A stretch of DNA of 43,547 nucleotides, taken from the NCBI RefSeq assembly GCF_001194135.2, contig NC_068985.1:28614582-28658128 (forward strand), read 5' to 3'. Positions 36,205 through 43,547 of this stretch are shown here, in pieces. The notes beneath the pieces are model-generated. The model was not told where the DNA came from. It saw nothing but the letters and a program-made list of their open reading frames with translations, and did not search any database. The stretch's first letter is position 1; every line of letters starts with the position of its first letter. Both the position numbers and the translations under genes were made by a program. The stretch comes from Octopus bimaculoides. Its lineage: Eukaryota.

Positions 36205-37075
36205 TATCGAAGTAGTAATGTTTTGAAATACATCAGAGTCAATATTTCGCTATTTATCAATGAAGACTGTATACTTATGTGCAGTTTTCTCGGAGGCAGA
36301 GTTGGAAATTACGAGTTCCAGGTAAGATGGAGCACCTGTTGAATATATTCTGTTTGATGTTGGGTCAGATGTTACTGTGGCTGTGGTTTCATAGTCTCCT
36401 GATGAAGCAGGACAAGGAAGTGGAGTTTTATATGTCCTTACATCTAGAGGAGTGCCTATGCTGCGAGTATCTTCCTTCGAATTTATTGGCTATCTTACCT
36501 GTATTTTATCTCGTAATGTTATTGGGTGGTTTGAAGGTGGCTATGTAGACCTAAGCTTTCGAGAGTCAGAATCCTCCCAGTTTTCAGAATTTTAGCAGTT
36601 TTAGCTCGGAGTGTCGGGTGCAGACTACGTGGCTGCGTTAGCGTGCGAAAGCTAGCCTTAACGTTAGGAGAATTTAAAAGTTTACGTTATCCAAGGGTTC
36701 TATGCAAAGCTTTGGGCTACATTTGTAGAAACATCTAAGTTGATTAGATTATAACGCCAGATAACTCTCCTAGAGTTTCAGGACGCAGATCAACGAACGA
36801 TCTAATTTAATCACTACAGAAAGTCCTTGCAAGAGCCTTATTTTAATGGGGGTACTCTCCCGTCGAAGATCTCTCAATCCGTCTACACGCTAGAGATTGT
36901 TCTGCTGATCCTTGTGAACAGGTTTCTTATTACAATTGGATGATGTATAACATATACACACACCTATGGTGACAATCAACTCCTGACGAATAAGACCATA
37001 TTCTAAACTCAGTAAGCCCGTGCAAGCTTCCTGGGAGTCCAAGAAGTTCTCGTGCGTGAAATTGATTCAGTAGAT
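36205..37075 (-). mobile_element. Decayed Penelope-like element (PLE): RT C-terminus/thumb, linker and GIY-YIG endonuclease relic with many stops and frameshifts
   Basis: Minus-strand motifs in the expected order: NFLD (37048-37037), HHPIVIRNLFTRISRTISS..EIFDG..NKAL (from 36945), SRRVIW..DVSTNVAQSF (from 36774), NVKASF (36665-36648), VYIATF...TGKIANKFEGRYSQH (36550-36460; GIY-YIG-like), NSTSLS (from 36427) and LCLRE (36301-36287). Confidence 0.85.
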
Positions 37076-37467
37076 AAAGTGTTGCACAGTAGTGAACCTA
37101 CTTTTCACTGTGATCAACCATAAAACCGGTGACACAAAAAGAGATTGGCACAACCAGAAGACATTAGCACTTCCAAATTTGGGGGTTTTTTTTTATAGAA
37201 GTTTACCGTCTCCTTGAAGGAAGTTCTAACGAGAACGAGAAAGGTCTTTCACTCGCAGTGCTTTACGTGCTGCCTAACTAATAGCTGGGACACTAAGAGG
37301 TGCTAATACTCGGGGTCAGATTAGACGTGGGATCAAAAGTGGCTAAGACGTGATTCCACACTCCTCATAAACCTGGATTTCATGTACCAGGGTTCCACTA
37401 ACCGATGCAGTTAAAAGCTTTACTTAAAACACACACTTACACACATATACATACTTACATGCATACA

Positions 37468-37512
<45 letters not shown>

Positions 37513-38161
37513 GCATATTTTTATGTATATATATATATANNNNNNNNNNNNNNNNNNNNNNNNNNNNNNNNNNNNNNNNNNNNNNNNNNNNNNNNNNNNN
37601 NNNNNNNNNNNNNNNNNNNNNNNNNNNNNNNNNNNNNNNNNNNNNNNNNNNNNNNNNNNNNNNNNNNNNNNNNNNNNNNNNNNNNNNNNNNNNNNNNNNN
37701 NNNNNNNNNNNNNNNNNNNNNNNNNNNNNNNNNNNNNNNNNNNNNNNNNNNNNNNNNNNNNNNNNNNNNNNNNNNNNNNNNNNNNNNNNNNNNNNNNNNN
37801 NNNNNNNNNNNNNNNNNNNNNNNNNNNNNNNNNNNNNNNNNNNNNNNNNNNNNNNNNNNNNNNNNNNNNNNNNNNNNNNNNNNNNNNNNNNNNNNNNNNN
37901 NNNNNNNNNNNNNNNNNNNNNNNNNNNNNNNNNNNNNNNNNNNNNNNNNNNNNNNNNNNNNNNNNNNNNNNNNNNNNNNNNNNNNNNNNNNNNNATATAT
38001 ATATATATATATATACAAATACATATGTATATATCTGTATATATATATATATAAATATCTACACAAGCATTCATATATATCTATATCTATCTAACCCTGT
38101 CTATCTGTCTCTCTATCACTCTCTCTCTCTCTATCTCTCTCTCTCTATCTCTCTCTCTCTT

Positions 38162-38192
<31 letters not shown>

Positions 38193-39594
38193 CCTTCTAT
38201 TTTTCTCTATATATGTGTGTATGTGTTCACGTGAGTGTGCGTGCACGCATTTGTGTGTGTGTATGTGTGTGTTTGTGTGCGTGTGGAATGTGTATGAAGG
38301 TGTATGTTGTGAGCATGTGTACACGTGAAGAGCGTCTGAGCTGTTATACAATGAAGAATAGAACAATGTATTAAGTAAAGTGGTAATGTATATCTAGATA
38401 ATAGCTTGAGTGAAAAATATTGAAAATCATTTAATAACTATGCTCGGCAGGTATCCATTACAAAGTGTGCAGACAAACGTGCACACAAACACATCACACA
38501 GGCATACATACACACGTACATTCTTACGTGTATTTATGTGCGCGCATAGGAATGTATATTCGTATATGTATGCACGTTTGCGTCTATGTATTCAGTCATT
38601 TATTACTAGTAACTAGGATGCAATCAATATTTAGGGTAACGCTGTGTTTCAGTGTATTTCGTAAATGATTCAGTATTCAAATATTATCTTGTATTTGAAA
38701 ACCTGATTCTGTATGGGACAGAAGTTATTTAGTTCAGCTAGCGTAGCATTACGATAGATTTTACTGTATCTCATCTGTATTGATAAAATTAACACCATAA
38801 TTCTTCTGTTTCCAACAAGCGTTTGCTGACAGATAAAATATGTGTTTGTTGTTCAAGTTACGTATTATTATTCGACCGTGATATAGAGTAGATTGGAATT
38901 ATCAAAGCAAAGAAAAACGTCTGGGATTTTAGTATGAAATGGAGAATTCTGCCCTGGGATAGCGCTAAATATATGGTCATATGTACAATCAAACAGACTA
39001 TTTGTAGGTTAACGAATATTATTTATATGGGATTTGATGAATCGCCTGAAGGTCTGGACTTATGAGATTCCTTACATTCGCACGTAAACACATACGCATA
39101 TAAATACAAATGTGCACAAACACACACATGAACGCACACACTCGTGCATACATATACACATGAACACACATCGATATCTATACGTGTGTGTGTAATAGAT
39201 AAGTACTACAAGCACACCTGCACACTCAAAAACACATACACATACACACAGATGCAAAGATAAGCTTAGAGAAGAGTGATTTTCGCGGATGCACATTTAT
39301 TATTACTGAGAAAAGAAGACACTATGATTAAAACCCGTTTATGGTCAGGAAAAACGATCGACTGCCTAGTTTCAGTGGTGTTTATCGCATCATCAGAGCT
39401 GAGTTACTCATTTTCCTGACCACAAAGTAAATGAAAATATATATCCATTTATATTATGCACAAATATGGAGAGTAATATATTTAATCTGTTCTAATTTGC
39501 ATAAATATGCGATCTTTGATATAATTACAGAATGAATTAATAAAAGAATTACTAAGCGATATCATCTTTTATCTTTTATCTTTTATCATCTTTT

Positions 39595-39750
39595 GTTCTT
39601 TACGTGTTTCAGTCATTACGGTGGGTGGGGTCATGTTGGGCATAGCCTTGAAGAATTTTAGTCGAACGAATCTACCACTTTTGCCAAACCACTATATTAC
39701 GGGGACGTAAAAGTACCAACACCGGTTGTCAAGCGGTGGTAGAAGGACGA
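39595..39750 (-). mobile_element. SINE family A 3' module (diverged), followed by its internal (GA)(GACA) tract
   Basis: GTTTCAGTCATT..TTTTAGTCGAACGAATC..TTTTGCCAAACC..TTACGGGGACGTAAA..CACCGGTTGTCAAGCGGTGG. Confidence 0.75.
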
Positions 39751-39793
<43 letters not shown>

Positions 39794-39867
39794 CAGACAG
39801 ACAGACAGACAGACAGACAGACAGGCAGGCGAACGCACCCACATATACATACATATATGTATATGTA

Positions 39868-40115
39868 TTGGGTTGGTGCATAATTATTGCGGCTTTTTTT
39901 TAACAAATTTTATTCAACAAAAACAATAACAATATTTAACAAATCATCTTTAAATGACGGTCTGACCGTCTTCCAAGCAAATGGAAAGAAGTAATTGAAG
40001 TAGATGGTGAATATGCTCCGGAATAATCATTTAAATGTTTTTGTTACATGTTGGTATTGTTTTTGTTGAATAAAATTTGTTGAAAAAAAGCCGCCATAAT
40101 TATGCACCAACCCAA
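39868..40115. mobile_element. 248-bp mariner-derived MITE with TA target-site duplication and inverted arms of about 90 bp
   Basis: TA|TTGGGTTGGTGCATAATTA...TAATTATGCACCAACCCAA|TA (TA at 39866-39867 and 40116-40117). The TIR start resembles the Hsmar1/MADE1 type TTAGGTTGGTGC. The centre encodes DRLPSKWKEVIEVDGEYAPE*, like a mariner transposase C-terminus. Confidence 0.93.
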
Positions 40116-40127
40116 TATATATGCATC

Positions 40128-40310
40128 TGTACTAAGATCAGCTACTGGGAGAGGCTACAAGAACTGAAGCGCAACTCCCTGGAGAGAAGGCGAGAAAGGT
40201 ATACAGTGATATAGATATGGAAGATCCTCGAAGGTCTAGCTCCCAACTTTGGAATTAAAAGCTATACCAACCATCGAACTGGACGGCACTGCATATTTCA
40301 AAAGACACCC
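40128..40310 (+). mobile_element. CR1-type LINE ORF2 C-terminal relic, part 1
   Basis: SYWERLQELKRNSLERRRERYTVI*IWKILEGLAPNFGIKSYTNHRTGRHC fits the CR1/L2-group Y.ERL..L...SLE.RR.R...I..YKIL.G motif. In-frame TAG at 40212-40214. Confidence 0.85.
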
Positions 40311-40334
40311 TTCGTCATTTAAGATAAGGACCCA

Positions 40335-40500
40335 GTATTCTCTTCTACTCAGGGCAGAAGGCTCGAAATTTTTGGGGAGGAGACTGATCGATTAGATCGA
40401 CCCCAGTACTTAATTTATTGACTCCGAAAGAATGAAAAGCAATGTTGACTTCGGAGGAGTTCGAACTCAGAACGCAAAAACAGACGAAATACTGCTAAGC
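40335..40500 (-). mobile_element. SINE family B copy lying between the two CR1 pieces
   Basis: GATCGACCCCAGTAC..GAAAGAATGAAAAGC..GAACTCAGAACG..GACGAAATACTGCTAAGC is the reverse complement of the 26531 copy. The 5' head is missing. Confidence 0.85.
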
Positions 40501-40502
40501 GT

Positions 40503-40685
40503 ATCCGAAATCCCAGATAAGCCCCACATCGCTACAGGAGGCACAAAGAAGAGCAACTTCGCCCAACTCGCTTCTTCACTAAAATCAGTACCGAAAGGAG
40601 ACCCCAAAACACTGCACTGGAAGGAAGTGCTCTAGTATGGCCCCCAGCCTCTAGCTGAAACTAGTAAACAAATAAAAGAATAAAG
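40503..40685 (+). mobile_element. CR1-type LINE extreme C-terminus and 3' UTR with an A-rich tail, part 2
   Basis: IPDKP/TSLQEAQRRATSPNSLLH* (one frameshift), then GTGCTCTAGTATGGCC..CAG..CTGAAACTAGTAAACAAATAAAAGAATAAAG. Confidence 0.6.
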
Positions 40686-40696
40686 TAATACATGTA

Positions 40697-40838
40697 CAAC
40701 TTAGCGGTTCGGCAAAAAAACAGATAGAATAAGTACTAGGCTTCAAAGAATAAGTCCTGGGGTTGATTTGTTCGACTAAAGGCGGTGCTCCAGCATGGCC
40801 GCAGTCAAATGACTGAAACAAATAAAAGAATAAAAAAG
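40697..40838 (+). mobile_element. 5'-truncated SINE family A (3' module only)
   Basis: AACTTAGCGGTTCGGCAAAA..GAATAAGTACTAGGCTT..GGCGGTGCTCCAGCATGGCCGCAGTCAAATGACTGAAACAAATAAAAGAATAAAA. Confidence 0.9.
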
Positions 40839-40874
40839 ATATATATGCACACACATGTATACACATCCACAGTA

Positions 40875-40985
40875 TGCTTCTTTCAGATTCTGTTACTCAA
40901 GATTTTGGTCGGCGCGGGACTATGGCAGAAGACACTGAACCTGGAACCATGCGTTTCGGAAGAAACTTGTTACCTCACATTCACG
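40875..40985 (-). mobile_element. SINE family A head with the CORE-like segment deleted
   Basis: GCTTCTTTCAG..GGTCGGC..CTATGGCAGAAGACACT|GAACCTGGAACCATG. The 26 nt TGCCCAAGGTGCC..GGGACT present in other copies is missing. Confidence 0.75.
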
Positions 40986-41008
40986 CGTACACCTATGTAT
41001 ATGTATGT

Positions 41009-41097
<89 letters not shown>

Positions 41098-41213
41098 CGC
41101 GTGTGTACGTGTGTTAAAAACAATGGGTACACTAAAATATAATGTGTTTCGTCCGAAGTAATTAGTAACAAGTAATAGCCCCCATTTTAGAGTCGAAATC
41201 GGAAGACCAAGGA

Positions 41214-41608
41214 GCAGAAAGATAACCAGAGGCCAGATCATAATTGGACTGACAGTGGCAGCTTTGGTCATGGCAACTGTAGTTGATGATAACAGAGATA
41301 ACAGTGATGGTATTGGTGATGATGATGATGGGGCCATGATGATGGGGAGTAAGAGAAGGTAAAGAACGATCCCCTTCCATCTCTACCGTCTCCTACCCCA
41401 CATCATCATCATCATATTCTTTTTCTCCTCCCCCCTCTTCTTCTCTATTATCATTACCCAACCACCTTTTGATGACCGCTGTAAGCCATCCACCATTTTT
41501 ATCACCATCATTGTCAATATTATCTTTATTATTATCAGTACCGTTGCCATCGCCCCAGCTGTCCCCTTACTTATGACTTTGATTGTATCGGTCTGGTTAT
41601 AGTTTTGC
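41214..41608. repeat. Old degenerate inverted repeat (arms about 41214-41332 and 41486-41608)
   Basis: GCAGAAAGATAACCAGA..CAGCTTTGGTCATGGCAACTGTAGTTGATGATAACAGAGATAA versus minus-strand GCAAAACTATAACCAGA..CAGCTGGGGCGATGGCAACGGTACTGATAATAATAAAGATAA. Confidence 0.6.
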
Positions 41609-41611
<3 letters not shown>

Positions 41612-41670
<59 letters not shown>

Positions 41671-41732
41671 CTATCTATTTCTCTCTCTCCCTCCCTCCCT
41701 CTCTCTCTCCTCGTCTCTCTCTTTCACGCCCC

Positions 41733-41824
<92 letters not shown>

Positions 41825-41905
41825 TAGATAGATAGATAGATAGATAGATTGATAGATAGATAGATAGATAGATACATTTCTTTTATTAGCCACACAGGGC
41901 TCAAC

Positions 41906-41959
<54 letters not shown>

Positions 41960-41978
41960 TGATTGATAGATAGATATT
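41612..41978. repeat. Compound (TC)(TATC)(GATA)(GACA) microsatellite containing a family B-variant tail stub at about 41875-41910 (minus)
   Basis: Read directly. CATTTCTTTTATTAGCCACACAGGGCTCAACA is a diverged reverse complement of the 32516-32550 tail. Confidence 0.85.
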
Positions 41979-43146
41979 AAATATATATACAAAAAATACT
42001 ACACATGAACACTGCCAGAGTGGATGCACATGAGAGACAGACGGGGGGATACAAAGAGCAAAACAAACAAGAGAGCCTGAGCGAACGAGAAAGGCAGAAG
42101 GAAACGCAGAGACAAAGCTTAGATACAACAATAAACGAGACTGAGCTTGAACTATATCCGGTCTTTCCAACCAGAGTTGTTTATTACCAATTTTCCCATA
42201 GATGTATGCATTATAATTGCATTGTAATAGGATATTGAACGAATACAGCGTGTAGGCGTTAAATTGTGAGAGGTGCGTTTCTAGAAACTCTATAAAAAAA
42301 ACATCTGTAAATCTATATCGAGTAAGTTTAGTTTTTTTGACTTATTGTTCGCAACACAAATATTTTTCTGACGTTACTGTTTCGCTTTTCTGTTTTCACT
42401 TCTCTTTTTTTTTCTTGCAAATTTTCTTTTTGGTTGGTAAACTTTTGTAATTTACTTTGCTGGGATAATAATAATAAAAAATTTAAAAAACCTCTGAACT
42501 TTTCTCAGAATATAATGTTTAACAAAATCACGTTAGATTTATTTGTTTGAGCGTACGCTGGTTAAAAAGTGTGCATGTCATTAACTGAATGCGTTCGACT
42601 CTACTAGAAATCTATAATGCAACAGTGCTATTTCTTCTTTCTTTGCTTCAGTTGTTGTGTCAACAGAACCTGTTTCACGAGTTTTCAGCTGTACTGAAAA
42701 CAAACACAGCCATAATAGGCGTTTTATGAGTTACTCCATATATTAACCAGATTAAAACTGTTCTCCACAGACGGAATATTATAGCGATCAATAAATTTTC
42801 AAGTGGTTACAGTCAGAATGTCTAAAAGCCAAATAGTTTTTGATGTTCTGTCCTTTGCGTTCACTTTCCGTTGAATTGTTCTAGAGCAGTAATTAAGAAT
42901 AGTACTCACAGCTGTATTCACTGAATTCAGGTAACTTGATTAGTGAATTACTACATTGAGATACTTAATTTCTTTTTGTATATTTCATTCGCATACACAT
43001 ATACATATATGCGTGAAAACATATATATATATATACATNNNNNNNNNNNNNNNNNNNNNNNNNNNNNNNNNNNNNNNNNNNNNNNNNNNNNNNNNNNNNN
43101 NNNNNNNNNNNNNNNNNNNNNNNNNNNNNNNNNNNNNNTATATATA

Positions 43147-43177
<31 letters not shown>

Positions 43178-43547
43178 ATGTATGTATCGCATGGAATTTT
43201 AAAATAATACGAAAAACGATGCATAAAATAAAGCATCATCGAAATATTTACAATACAAATTTTGTTTATTTTACAATTTTAGTTCAATCACATCTGCTTT
43301 GATTAGCTTTCATTTCTCTGCAGTCGATATAAATACATGTATAAGAATGAACTACTATTAAATATGCATTTTAAAGGCATCGCTGCTTGATTGAATTATC
43401 CATTTCCCAATCATGATCCGGCAACAATAAACATTGTCAACACATTAGGAAAATAGCGTCTGTCATAGACACGTGCAGAACAGAAAAGCTGGGCAGTGTT
43501 TATGTGTTTGTGTGCGTGTTTTTGTATGTATATATATATATATATAT

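Noticed and set aside
36279-36548. 89-aa plus-strand ORF (MQFSRRQSW...)
   Set aside because: It is antisense to the Penelope GIY-YIG relic, and the informative motifs are on the minus strand.

Overview
AT-rich, microsatellite-saturated eukaryotic DNA from a gapped assembly (14 N-runs, about 5.1 kb, most starting or ending in a TA/CA/TG/TAG tract). The repeat families look like those of an octopod cephalopod (inferred from sequence recognition, not database-checked). No intact host protein-coding gene can be supported: nearly all ORF-track entries are artefacts of microsatellites and N-runs, so the window is probably intronic or intergenic. What is supportable is a dense set of mobile-element relics. 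These include at least five tRNA-derived SINE types (several as close inverted pairs), three Tc1/mariner derivatives (an internally deleted DD37D/maT element, a foldback of mariner left ends fused at a perfect 40-bp palindrome, and a MITE made of two mariner right ends), and an unclassified 464-bp foldback element. There is also a CR1-type LINE 3' end and a decayed Penelope-like element (RT C-terminus plus GIY-YIG) that the ORF track misses. The most interesting signal is three dispersed 160-200 bp elements (about 17.4, 30.9 and 33.6 kb). Each carries a minimal type I hammerhead-ribozyme-like motif with a loopless palindromic helix III (ACGU) and ends in a TA tract. They resemble Penelope-associated dimeric hammerheads or non-autonomous retrozyme-like elements, and two of them share a non-canonical U at core position 6.
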